In this document: positions 8,592 to 17,175 of the stretch, piece after piece
Numbering within the stretch: the first letter of the stretch is position 1
Layout: every line of letters begins with the position of its first letter
Source of the DNA: Xylella taiwanensis
GTDB taxonomy: Bacteria > Pseudomonadota > Gammaproteobacteria > Xanthomonadales > Xanthomonadaceae
DNA: 32,000 nt
Direction of reading: 5' to 3'
NCBI RefSeq assembly: GCF_013177435.1
Contig: NZ_CP053627.1
Location: forward strand, 450,001-482,000
Notes under the pieces: generated by a model
Seen by the model: only the letters and a program-made list of their open reading frames with translations
What the model was told of the DNA's origin: nothing
Databases searched by the model: none
Program-made: the position numbers and the translations under genes

Positions 8592-10035
8592 GAAGCTCCC
8601 TGTAATGCCAGTGCTGGCATTGGTGCTATTGCTGTTTGCTGTGCAGGCGCATGCGCAAACTTCAGTGGATAGCGCTGGCTTGATGGATAACATTCTCGAC
8701 CATTTCTACCAGGTCGCTAATACCTGGTCAGCCAAGATGGTCAGCTACGCGAGCTGGCTGTTTTGGAGTCTCGTGCTATTGAGCATGGTTTGGACGTACG
8801 GGATGATGGCCTTGCGCAAGGCCGACATTCAGGAGTTCCTTGCCGAGACGATTCGGTTCCTGGCAGTAACTTGCTTCTTCTGGTGGATTCTAATCAATGG
8901 TCCGGGTATCGCAACTTCGATTATCAATTCGTTGCGGCAGATCGCCGCCAATGCCACCGGCTTGGATAACGCGCTCTCACCGTCCGGCATTGTCGATATT
9001 GGTTTTGACATTGCCTCGAATGTCTTTAAAAAGTCCTCGGTTTGGTCGCCAGTCGACTCTTTCCCCGGCATTATCATCTTGGCCGTGATTCTTGTTGTGC
9101 TAGCTTTGGTCAGTGTAAACATGCTTCTGCTGTTGGTGTCGAGTTGGATCCTATCCTACGGAGCGGTTTTCCTACTCGGCTTCGGCGGCGGCCGGTGGAC
9201 CTCCGACATTGCGATCAGTTACTACAAGACGGTGCTCGGCATCGGTATGCAGCTCTTCGCAATGATCTTGATCATCGGCATCGGTAATTCGTTCATCGAC
9301 CAGTATTACGCAACTATGTCGAAAGGCACGATCACGATGAATGGACTTCTGGTCATGCTCGTGGTGTCCATCATCCTGCTCGTGTTGGTAAATAAGGTTC
9401 CTCCGATGTTTGCCAGTATCGTAGGCGGTGGCGGCTCTACGGCAGGCATTGGCAATTTCGGTACGGGTGCTGCCCTCGGCGCTGCGGCCACTGCCGGCGC
9501 TGCCATCATGGCTGGTGCATCAAGCGCGGCAGGCGGGGCGTCAGCTATCAAGGCCGCATTCCAGTCGGCCCAGCAGAACATGGCGAGCGGTAGCGGCATG
9601 TTCTCGGGCAGTTCAGGCGGTGGCTCTGGTTCAGGTGGCAATTCTAGCGGTGCATCGTCCGGTGGCAGCAGCGGGTTCATATCGGCGATGGGTACAACAG
9701 GGCGCTTTGCTGCTGACATGGGAGCGAATCTCGCCAAGGGTGCGGGCCAAGTCGCTAAAGACAAGGTTGGGAGCATGGTTGCATCCGCTAAAGAGCGGAT
9801 CGCAGACACTACTGGCGGCAAGGTTGCATCCGCAATCCGCAACAACATGGGTGCATCTGGAACAGACGCCGGCAACGTCGATACCGGCAGCACGCAGACA
9901 GGATCTAACGGGGTGTCCGGGCAATACACCTTCGGAGGTGACAGCCTAGCAGGTGCAACGCAGGGCGGTTCTGAGACGGCCATGAATGATGAGGTGGCTG
10001 CGTTCGTAAACAAAGATCAGCCAAAGTCATTGTAA
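8587..10035 (+). CDS. trbL: TrbL/VirB6 polytopic inner-membrane T4SS protein with a Gly/Ser/Ala-rich tail
   Basis: Signal peptide plus multiple hydrophobic spans (WLFWSLVLLSMVWTYGMM, IIILAVILVVLALVSVNMLLLLVSSWILSYGAVFLLGFGGGRW). Low-complexity C-terminal ~190 aa. Confidence 0.8.
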   Translation: MKKLPVMPVLALVLLLFAVQAHAQTSVDSAGLMDNILDHFYQVANTWSAKMVSYASWLFWSLVLLSMVWTYGMMALRKADIQEFLAETIRFLAVTCFFWWILINGPGIATSIINSLRQIAANATGLDNALSPSGIVDIGFDIASNVFKKSSVWSPVDSFPGIIILAVILVVLALVSVNMLLLLVSSWILSYGAVFLLGFGGGRWTSDIAISYYKTVLGIGMQLFAMILIIGIGNSFIDQYYATMSKGTITMNGLLVMLVVSIILLVLVNKVPPMFASIVGGGGSTAGIGNFGTGAALGAAATAGAAIMAGASSAAGGASAIKAAFQSAQQNMASGSGMFSGSSGGGSGSGGNSSGASSGGSSGFISAMGTTGRFAADMGANLAKGAGQVAKDKVGSMVASAKERIADTTGGKVASAIRNNMGASGTDAGNVDTGSTQTGSNGVSGQYTFGGDSLAGATQGGSETAMNDEVAAFVNKDQPKSL

Positions 10036-10067
10036 TAATGCAAAGCTGGTCGTTCTAAAATGAGCCT

Positions 10068-10292
10068 TTGATGAGGAAATTTACGCTCGTAGCCTTCCTG
10101 TCTTTTATCGCACTTGCGGGATGCAGCCAGGAGAAGGACAAATGTATCAAAGACGCGACTGTGGAAGGTTGCCCGCACTACGACGGCAATATTAAGCACT
10201 CGCCAGCAAAAAGCTGGTCATTCAATGACGCCTCCGTATCGGAATCACAAAAGCCGACTGAAGGCTCTGCATCGGAATCAAAAGGGAAATAA
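10068..10292 (+). CDS. Small lipoprotein, unknown function
   Basis: Lipobox FIALAGCSQ, 74 aa, embedded in the trb operon. Confidence 0.5.
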   Translation: MMRKFTLVAFLSFIALAGCSQEKDKCIKDATVEGCPHYDGNIKHSPAKSWSFNDASVSESQKPTEGSASESKGK

Positions 10293-10293
10293 A

Positions 10294-10902
10294 ATGCCCT
10301 TCCTTGATCTGCCACCGCAAATACAAGAGCGCGTCGTCTGCTCGATTACGGCTGCCGTCAAGTACGAGGTTCCGGCGAACATTGTGCTAGCAGTGGCCGA
10401 GCAAGAAGCTGGCAAGCCTGGCCAATGGGTCAAGAACACAAACGGCACACAGGATGTGGGACCGATGCAGTTCAACACGGCTTACTTAGCCGAATTACGC
10501 CAGTATGGGATCACGGCGCAAGACGTAGCACAAGGTGGGTGCTATTCCTATGATCTGGCCGCGTGGCGCTTGCGCGGTCACTTGCGCAGCGACCAGGGTG
10601 ATATTTGGACGCGAGCGGCGAATTACCATTCACGCACGCCGCAGTACAACGCAGTCTATCGCACCTCTCTCATCAAGCGAGCCAGAACGTGGGAAAACTG
10701 GCTCGTCGCCCGCTTTCCCACGTTCGATGCCACGCAATCTGGCAAAACACCAGCACCTCCCATAGCAACTCCTACCCAGCCTGTGCAGGTCGGCAATGCC
10801 TCAATACCAGTCCGGCACTACAACGCGGCAGCGGCAGCAGCTCTGGAAGCTACATTTAGACGCGAGTCACAAAATAATTTAATCTTCGCTAAGAGTTTTT
10901 AA
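10294..10902 (+). CDS. Lytic transglycosylase (SLT domain; VirB1/TrbN-like)
   Basis: VLAVAEQEAG (catalytic Glu context) ... GTQDVGPMQFNTAYL ... AANYHSRTPQYN. ATG at 10294, after the upstream stop at 10290-10292. The longer listed ORF (10114) is out of context. Confidence 0.75.
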   Translation: MPFLDLPPQIQERVVCSITAAVKYEVPANIVLAVAEQEAGKPGQWVKNTNGTQDVGPMQFNTAYLAELRQYGITAQDVAQGGCYSYDLAAWRLRGHLRSDQGDIWTRAANYHSRTPQYNAVYRTSLIKRARTWENWLVARFPTFDATQSGKTPAPPIATPTQPVQVGNASIPVRHYNAAAAAALEATFRRESQNNLIFAKSF

Positions 10903-10911
10903 AAGTATTTA

Positions 10912-12132
10912 TTAGAGGTTGTAAGCCGGAACCGCCGAAATTTCCGTCAGCCAATCAAACTGGCTTGTCTTGCGCCTGATTGATGCGTTCCTGCATCGCC
11001 TGCATGACTTCTTCATGAAAGTCGAGAGTGTGTCGCCCATCTCGGCCTGCAGATCCGCAATGAACCGTTCGGCATCGAGCGGCAGATTCAGTGCCCGGTA
11101 GTAGTCCTTCCGATTCAGATCGAAGTCGGCTGGCAGATCATCGTCGGGGTTGCGGTAACGGTTCGCGCCAACCACCCAGACTTCCTTGCAGCGCAGCCGC
11201 TCGCGTAGCGCTTCCAGCGCGGCAATTTCATAGGTGACGCGATTAACCCTATCCCGGCCAACGGCATCCTTTTCCATCACAGCTTCGCGCCATAGGCCGC
11301 GTACCACGCCATCGAGCGGCACGTCTTCATCGGGCGGGAAGGTGTGCACCTTGGTGTCGACGAAGCGCTTCACCAAGTCGAGCGCATCCATCACAGGGCG
11401 GTGACGGTCGTTATTGGAGCGGAATTGCAACGCGGCCAGGAGGGTCGGCACCATGCGGCGGTAGTGGCCCTGGTACGAATTGCGGATCACCGTGCGTAGC
11501 GTGGTACGGTAGGTTGGGCCGGTGGCTTTCCACTCCTTGACAAGATCGCGCAACTTTTGCTCATCGACCACCGGGAACACCACGTCGCGTACTACGCCGT
11601 CCGGCTGAGTCAGCGTGGCATCGGCCAAGTTGAACAGCAGGTTCTGCTTGCCGGAAACGCGCTTGAGGTCTTCCAGCAACTCCCGCTCGACCTTACGCTC
11701 GGCCCGCGCGCCGATCTGGTGAATAGTTTCGATTAGCAAGTCCACCAAGTCGTCGGTCAGACTGCGGGCGCGCAGGTAGACAAAGGCGGCCAGCCAAGTA
11801 ATCCGTGCGACATCAGGATGTCGGCGCAAGCCGCGGGGCACTTCAACTGATACACGCTGCCGACAGCGTTCCAGATCACGCGGCGAAGTGCCGTCGAACA
11901 AGTCGGCGGGCAGCTCGATGCCCCGGATCAGTTCTAGCTTCGCCAACTCGTCCTGCATGCTGGCAAGGCTGGGCCGGCCGGGACTGCCGCGCAGCTTCAG
12001 CAGCACGGCCGGTGCGCTGCCTATGGCCTCTTCATGGGCATCAGCGCCACTCTCCTCGTTGCCGGCTTTCTCGGGACGCAGCAAGGAATCCAGGCGCTCG
12101 TGGGTAACAGGCGACAACTGTTCAAAGACGTT
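10912..12132 (-). pseudogene. tnpA: Tn3-family transposase internal fragment (N-terminus and catalytic C-terminal half missing)
   Basis: ...LRRHPDVARITWLAAFVYLRARSLTDDLVDLLIETIHQIGARAERKV...YRRMVPTLLAALQFRSNNDRHRPVMDALDLVKRF...VNRVTYEIAALEALRERLRCKEVWVVGANRYRNPDDDLPADF. After ...RFIADLQAEMGDTLSTF the frame jumps to about 30 end-proximal codons running into IR-B. Confidence 0.8.
10918..10949 (+). repeat. Candidate Tn3-family transposon end (IR-B, copy 2)
   Basis: GTTGTAAGCCGGAACCGCCGAAATTTCCGTCA is an inverted match to 2317-2348. It lies at the 3' end of a minus-strand tnpA frame. Confidence 0.55.
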
Positions 12133-12396
12133 TTCGATCAGGCGTCCGAGTTCGCGTTGGTAGCCGGGCCAGAACCAGGCGGGGCCAAGATCGAAACGGT
12201 CAACGGGGCTTGCTTGCGCTGCTCCGTGGGAAACGACCTGTCCCGAGGCGTCGGCAGAGGCGATACGCCCACCAGGTGCCTCCCGTGCTTCCAGCACCAC
12301 GTAATCGGTCACGCCCTGGCGTGCCAGCAGATAGGCTGCGTACAGGCCGCTCAAGCCAGCGCCGACGATGACGATGCGTGCGGTATGCAGACTCAT
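12133..12396 (-). pseudogene. FAD-dependent amine oxidase, N-terminal ~88 codons, fused in frame to the tnpA fragment
   Basis: MSLHTARIVIVGAGLSGLYAAYLLARQGVTDYVVLEAREAPGGRI (GxGxxG dinucleotide fold) ...FDLGPAWFWPGYQRELGRLIE. The sequence then switches to transposase. Confidence 0.7.
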
Positions 12397-13061
12397 GCCG
12401 CTACCGCCACATCGGACAAATGGCCCGTCTTGAGGTACACAGTGGCACCTTGATCGCCAGCACGAGGCACAGCAGGTTCACCTGCCGGCAGTCGCAGCCA
12501 ACTGCCTTGCTCGTAGCGCGTCCCCTCCAGCATCACGGTGCCTGATACGACCAGAATTTCCGCGCCGTCTTGCGACGCTTCGAGAATATTTGCGCCAGCA
12601 GCCAGGCGCTGCAGGCTGACCTGCTCGCCTTCAGTCGCGAACAACGGGCACACCTCACGCGCACCCTCGCGGCGCCAATTGGCCAAGTCTCGCGTGTCAA
12701 TGCGGACGCTGCGCGTCTCGTTATCCGGCATCTGCTGGAGCTTGACGAAAATGACTGCGCCCTCGGCACTGGAGGGCTGATGGCTGGAGCCGGGCGGGTT
12801 GCGCAGATACCAGCCTGCCGGGTAATGCCGGTCTCCTTCGGAGAAGGTTCCTGACAGCACCAGGATTTCCTCGCCACCCGGATGCGGGTGCGCGGGAAAG
12901 TAGGATTCGGGTGCATACCGCACGATGCTGGTGGCACGGGCCTTCTCCGCGCCCACGCGATCCAGCATCACCCGCTCGACGCCTCCCTGGGGCGAGGCGA
13001 CCCATTGGTAATTGCCGGATGTCACGATGGCGCGGCGGGTGAAATCAGCATTGATCAGCAT
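12393..13061 (-). CDS. Cupin-domain protein (ChrR-like cupin, no anti-sigma zinc domain)
   Basis: Two cupin-like halves: PHPGGEEILVLSGTFSEGDRHYPAGWYLRNPPGSSH and GAEILVVSGTVMLEGTRYEQGSWLRLPAG. Probable start is MLINADF at 13061. Its stop abuts the amine oxidase start. Confidence 0.7.
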   Translation of the reverse strand: MLINADFTRRAIVTSGNYQWVASPQGGVERVMLDRVGAEKARATSIVRYAPESYFPAHPHPGGEEILVLSGTFSEGDRHYPAGWYLRNPPGSSHQPSSAEGAVIFVKLQQMPDNETRSVRIDTRDLANWRREGAREVCPLFATEGEQVSLQRLAAGANILEASQDGAEILVVSGTVMLEGTRYEQGSWLRLPAGEPAVPRAGDQGATVYLKTGHLSDVAVAA

Positions 13062-13131
13062 GATGTTTATCCAAACGGGGACAGCGGCATGGCTCGTCCA
13101 GGCGATGGCAGCCATCCCCGGTCAATACGGC

Positions 13132-13476
13132 TTACTTGGCGGGCAGTTGCTGGTAGGCCTCGACAACACGTGCCGAGTAGGTCAGCGCAGCACCCGCGTT
13201 CAACGCGATGGCAACACCCAGGGCTTCGGTGATTTCTTCGAAGGTGGCGCCGTGTTCGACGGCCTTCTTGGTGTGCACGGAGATGCAGCCGTCGCAGCGG
13301 GTGGTGATGGCTACTGCCAGTGCGATCAACTCGTGCATCTTGGGTTCCAGATGGCCGGTCTTGACGGCTGCGTTGTCGATCGTCATCAGGCCGCGCATCA
13401 CGTCCGGGCTTTGTTTGGCGTAGTCGCCCACGCGCTCCAGCAGGGAGTCGCGATAAGCATTCCAGTCTTGCATCAT
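13132..13476 (-). CDS. Carboxymuconolactone decarboxylase / AhpD-like family protein
   Basis: 114 aa; KMHELIALAVAITTRCDGCISVHTKKAVEHGAT (CxxC in an AhpD-like core). Confidence 0.75.
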   Translation of the reverse strand: MMQDWNAYRDSLLERVGDYAKQSPDVMRGLMTIDNAAVKTGHLEPKMHELIALAVAITTRCDGCISVHTKKAVEHGATFEEITEALGVAIALNAGAALTYSARVVEAYQQLPAK

Positions 13477-13588
13477 GGTTGTTCTCTAATAACAGGTTAA
13501 AGCCGGACGTAGGCACGCCCCGGCTGTGGTTTCAGTAGGAAGCCCCCGCCATCGGCGTACCGATGGCGGGAGGCGCTACAGACAGCGA

Positions 13589-14122
13589 TCAGTCAGCGAA
13601 AGTGGTGATGACGTCCACCGGCCGCACCAGGGTGTCGCGCAAGGTGGAGGCTTGCTCGACGGCGGCAATCATCGCCTGCAGTTGCTCATGGCTGGCGTTG
13701 GGCGACTTGGCGTGTACCTTCACGCGCACCTGATTGACGCCAGGCGGCACGCTTGGGTCCACATCGGCTTCCAGTTCCAGGCGCACACCCTCCAACGCGA
13801 TCCCTCGTTGGGCGGCGATCATCGCGATGCCGACCGTGTAGCAAGAGGCCAGCGCCTGCAGCAAATACTCGACGGAGTTGGGGCCAGCATCGGTGCCCAA
13901 AGGAACCGGCTCGTCGCTGACCAAGGTGAAACGTCCCGCACGGGCTTCGTCACGCTGGCCGCCCATCACGGCTGCACCCGTGGTCGCGGTCAACTTGCTG
14001 CCGCCGTTCCACGTGCCATTCAATGACAGCGTGAACTTGGTGGCTTCACGGTTTGCGCGGCCTGCCTTGCCGGCTTCCGCCAGGACGTTCAGATCGACGC
14101 CGTTGAGCGAGGTGGTTGTCAT
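13589..14122 (-). CDS. OsmC/Ohr-family protein
   Basis: 177 aa; GPNSVEYLLQALASCYTVGIAMIAAQRGIALEGVRLELEADVD is typical OsmC-fold sequence. Confidence 0.7.
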   Translation of the reverse strand: MTTTSLNGVDLNVLAEAGKAGRANREATKFTLSLNGTWNGGSKLTATTGAAVMGGQRDEARAGRFTLVSDEPVPLGTDAGPNSVEYLLQALASCYTVGIAMIAAQRGIALEGVRLELEADVDPSVPPGVNQVRVKVHAKSPNASHEQLQAMIAAVEQASTLRDTLVRPVDVITTFAD

Positions 14123-14412
14123 CCGTTGCTCCTTACGCGACGCTGTAGATGCGCACGTCCGGCGCAGCGTCGAGCAGCGGCCAGGCCACCGACGACATCG
14201 GTGGTGAAGAGATCGCTTTGCAGGTAGGCGTTTGCGTTCTCCACGGTGTCAAAGCCGTGCTGCACCTGCACGTCTTCGTCGCGCACCAGGAGTTCCTTGG
14301 ACTGGGCGCCCTTGATGGTGTCGAGGAACGGCGCCTTGTATTTCTGATAGACACCGGCGGCAGCCGCACGATTGGCGTTGGCGATCTTGAGGGTGATTTG
14401 CAGATAGACCAT
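14119..14412 (-). CDS. Small hypothetical protein (about 93-97 aa); possible 1-bp frameshift near its 3' end
   Basis: MVYLQITLKIANANRAAAAGVYQKYKAPFLDTIKGAQSKELLVRDEDVQVQHGFDTVENANAYLQSDLF. The Arg-rich listed tail (AAARRCAGRAHLQRRVRSNG) looks unnatural. The alternative frame gives PLLDAAPDVRIYSVA* (stop 14133). Confidence 0.45.
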   Translation of the reverse strand: MVYLQITLKIANANRAAAAGVYQKYKAPFLDTIKGAQSKELLVRDEDVQVQHGFDTVENANAYLQSDLFTTDVVGGLAAARRCAGRAHLQRRVRSNG

Positions 14413-14477
14413 GTTGATTTCCTTTCCAGGTTGATAAAAACAGGGCAGGCACCGTCAAAGCGCCTGCATGCGACACA

Positions 14478-15251
14478 TCAGTTGCGGCCAGCCATCACGC
14501 CGCCATCGACATCCCAAACGGCGCCAGTGACCCAGCCCGCCTTGTCTGACAGCAGGAAGGCGACCACTTCCGCCACATCCTGCGGCGTGCCCACGCGGCC
14601 GATCGGGTGAAAGCTGTTGAACCCTTGCAGCGCGCTGTGGACTTCGGCCTTGGGAATGAAGCCTTCGTAGATCGGGGTCTGCACCACGGCAGGCGACACA
14701 GCGTTGACACGGATGTTCTTACCGGCCAGTTCCATGGCCAGATGCTGGGTCAGGGAATGCAGGCCGGCCTTGGCCATGGAGTACGCCGAGGACGGCGTGG
14801 CCGCGATGGCCTGCTTGCCCCACATCGAACCGATGTTCACGATCGCGCCCGGACGGTTCTTGGCAACCAGATTGGCGGCGACCTTCTGCGTGATGAAGAA
14901 CGTGGCTTTGTTCAGTTGCATGTACTGGTCGTAGTCCGCGCCCGAATGCTCCAGGAACGGTTTGGGGAAGAACACTCCAGCGGCATTGACCAGCAGGTCG
15001 ATATCCGCGTGCTGCTCGTCCAAGGTCTTGATCAGCGAAGCCACGGCCTCGTCATTGGTCAGGTCTGCGGTCAGTGCCCAGACTTGACCCAGCGCAGCAA
15101 GCTCCTTGCGCGCTTCTTCGGTCTTCTCCGGGCGGTTGCCCACGATGACGACGCTGCCGCCGTCGGCCAGCACGGTGCGTGCGATCTGCATGCCCATGCC
15201 GCTGGTGCCGCCGACAACCAGCAGCTTCTTGCCCTTGAATTGATTGCTCAT
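14478..15251 (-). CDS. Short-chain dehydrogenase/reductase (SDR)
   Basis: [24 protein letters not shown] (TGxxxGxG), NAAG, and a YSMAK catalytic Tyr-Lys motif. Start at 15251 rather than the listed 15401. Confidence 0.85.
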   Translation of the reverse strand: MSNQFKGKKLLVVGGTSGMGMQIARTVLADGGSVVIVGNRPEKTEEARKELAALGQVWALTADLTNDEAVASLIKTLDEQHADIDLLVNAAGVFFPKPFLEHSGADYDQYMQLNKATFFITQKVAANLVAKNRPGAIVNIGSMWGKQAIAATPSSAYSMAKAGLHSLTQHLAMELAGKNIRVNAVSPAVVQTPIYEGFIPKAEVHSALQGFNSFHPIGRVGTPQDVAEVVAFLLSDKAGWVTGAVWDVDGGVMAGRN

Positions 15252-15448
15252 CTTGAAATCCTCTCTGTTGGCCCGCCGCTCGGCAGGGGATGAATAGAAG
15301 AAAAACTGTTGATTCCGAAGGTGGCAGCATTGCCGCACCTTCCAGCTCCGTATGAATTTTTCTCTGGAATAAGCGTTATTGTTCTCCTGTTCCCAAAGCA
15401 AGACAAACCATATAAAGTGTCAGTCATTGAAAGAAAAACTTTATCGAA

Positions 15449-16366
15449 ATGAAGTCACCCGTCCACCTGAATGCCTTGCGCGCCTTCGAGGCCAGCGTCC
15501 GCCACCAGAGCTTTTCTGCGGCGGCGGCCGAACTCAACGTCACGCCAGCAGCGGTAGGCCAACTCGTGCGCTCGCTGGAAGACTGGCTGGGAACGCCGCT
15601 CTTCGTGCGGGGCAGCAGCGGCCGCGTGCGGCTCGTTCCCACAGAGGCCGCTGAGCGGGCACTGCCCGATATCCGCGCCGGGTTTGATCGGCTAACCCTG
15701 GGGATGGAGAGACTTCAGGAGGGTGCGACAAACGGCGTGCTGACCGTGGCCGTCAGCCCAGCCTTCGCAGCGAAATGGCTATTACCCCGCATCGACCGCT
15801 TCCAGGCCGTCTGCGCCGACACGGATGTGCGCTTGGACACCAACCTCAAACCCGTGGATTTCGTAGCTCAGCGGGTTGATATCGGGGTGCGATATGGTGC
15901 CGGCCAATGGCCGGGGTTGACCGCCGAGAAGCTGATGGACGAAGAGGTTTATCCGGTGTGCTCGCCCCAATTGCTGCGTGAGCACTGGCGCTTGCAAAAG
16001 CCTGCGGACCTGGCCCAGGAAACCCTGATCCACGATTTGTCCATGGACCGACACACAGTGTTCCCGAGCTGGGAGGCTTGGATGCAGAAAGCCGGTGTGA
16101 CAGATGCCATTACCCAACGAGGCATGCAGATCAACAATTCTGCTGCGGTCCTACAGGCGGCGATCGAGGGGCATGGCGTAGCGCTGGCGCGCAGTGTTAT
16201 GGCTCGTGACGACTTGGCAAGCGGACGTCTGGTAAGACTGTTTCCAGACATCAACTTTGCTTCTGCACTGGCGTACTACGTTGTGTATCGACCGGAATGT
16301 GCGAGCTTGCGCAAACTGACTACCTTTCGGGATTGGTTGCTAGCAGAAGCCGCCCATTCGGGGTAG
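15449..16366 (+). CDS. LysR-family transcriptional regulator (GcvA-like), divergent from the SDR operon
   Basis: N-terminal wHTH LNALRAFEASVRHQSFSAAAAELNVTPAAVGQLVRSLEDWLGTPLF, followed by a LysR substrate-binding domain. Confidence 0.85.
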   Translation: MKSPVHLNALRAFEASVRHQSFSAAAAELNVTPAAVGQLVRSLEDWLGTPLFVRGSSGRVRLVPTEAAERALPDIRAGFDRLTLGMERLQEGATNGVLTVAVSPAFAAKWLLPRIDRFQAVCADTDVRLDTNLKPVDFVAQRVDIGVRYGAGQWPGLTAEKLMDEEVYPVCSPQLLREHWRLQKPADLAQETLIHDLSMDRHTVFPSWEAWMQKAGVTDAITQRGMQINNSAAVLQAAIEGHGVALARSVMARDDLASGRLVRLFPDINFASALAYYVVYRPECASLRKLTTFRDWLLAEAAHSG

Positions 16367-16393
16367 AACGAGCAGTCGTGTCACCAGCCGCCA

Positions 16394-16705
16394 TTACTCT
16401 TTGAGCCGGTCAACCAGTCGTGTTATCAGGTCCATGCGCTCATGGAAAATAGCCACGATCAGAGCAGGCGCTCCCTCACGCGGCAAACAGAAGACGTAAT
16501 GATGTTCGTACCGCCCCATCCGTAGAGCCGGAAAAAGCGCACTCATGTCTTTGAACACCCCCCGGCCATCGGCGAGACTGGCGATACCCTGTTCCAACGT
16601 AGCAATGTAGCGGCGCACCTGCGCATCGCCCCATTGCTTGCGGGTGTAGCGGACGATGCCGCGCAGATCGGATTCTGCCGCCGCAGTGAGAACGTAGCGG
16701 ATCAA
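16394..16705 (-). CDS. parE: ParE-family toxin (intact)
   Basis: 103 aa; MIRYVLTAAAESDLRGIVRYTRKQWGDAQVRRYIATLEQGI...HHYVFCLPREGAPALIVAIFHERMDL. Confidence 0.8.
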   Translation of the reverse strand: MIRYVLTAAAESDLRGIVRYTRKQWGDAQVRRYIATLEQGIASLADGRGVFKDMSALFPALRMGRYEHHYVFCLPREGAPALIVAIFHERMDLITRLVDRLKE

Positions 16706-16953
16706 GCCCTGCCTTCGGTCAGTTCTTCATTGAGAATTTCGCTGATGCTCTTGGCAGACACATTGCCGGCAAGTCCCTCGTGGATACGTGTGCCGAGCAG
16801 GGTTTTCAGTTCCTCCCATGCCTGATTGGCATCAGCGTCGCCGGGAAACAGCTTTTCCAGCGCATATTGCTTGATGGTCTTGCCCTGCAAGGCAGCCAGC
16901 GCTTTCAGGCTTTGGTGCTGCCGGTTTGTTATGTCTATGGTCAGGCGACTCAT
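16702..16953 (-). CDS. parD: ParD-like antitoxin
   Basis: MSRLTIDITNRQHQSLKALAALQGKTIKQYALEKLF (RHH-like N-terminus). 4-bp overlap with parE. Start at 16953. Confidence 0.75.
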   Translation of the reverse strand: MSRLTIDITNRQHQSLKALAALQGKTIKQYALEKLFPGDADANQAWEELKTLLGTRIHEGLAGNVSAKSISEILNEELTEGRA

Positions 16954-16983
16954 GGGATAACATCCACAATTATACATCCCCAC

Positions 16984-17003
16984 ATTAGCGCATATGTGCT
17001 AAT
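16984..17003. promoter_or_regulatory. Near-palindrome in the parD-tnpR divergent intergenic region (candidate res subsite or operator)
   Basis: ATTAGCGCATATGTGCTAAT has inverted halves around a central TATA/AT. It lies in the 222-bp gap between divergently oriented parD and tnpR. Confidence 0.4.
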
Positions 17004-17175
17004 GGAGCAAGCAGTTGTACATGGCAGTATTGGTGCAGGCTGTCGTAAAACACTTGTTTTCCGTCATATCTGCAACAGTCGTATGCACCCACCTCCTAGC
17101 GGCCCAAAAATTGTTCGGAAAACTCTGTCGCCATGCGTCATCATACGGAAACCTATTTTTGATGGTTATCCGCCT

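Noticed and set aside
9306-10013. 235-aa minus-strand ORF
   Set aside because: It is the antisense shadow of the Gly/Ser/Ala-rich tail of trbL, with a Pro/Ala-rich low-complexity translation.
16780-17175. N-terminal 132-codon extension of the resolvase ORF, giving a 329-aa listed ORF
   Set aside because: The extension runs through the parD antisense and the res-like intergenic region. The canonical resolvase N-terminus MLVGYMRVSSDSDRQS starts at 17176.
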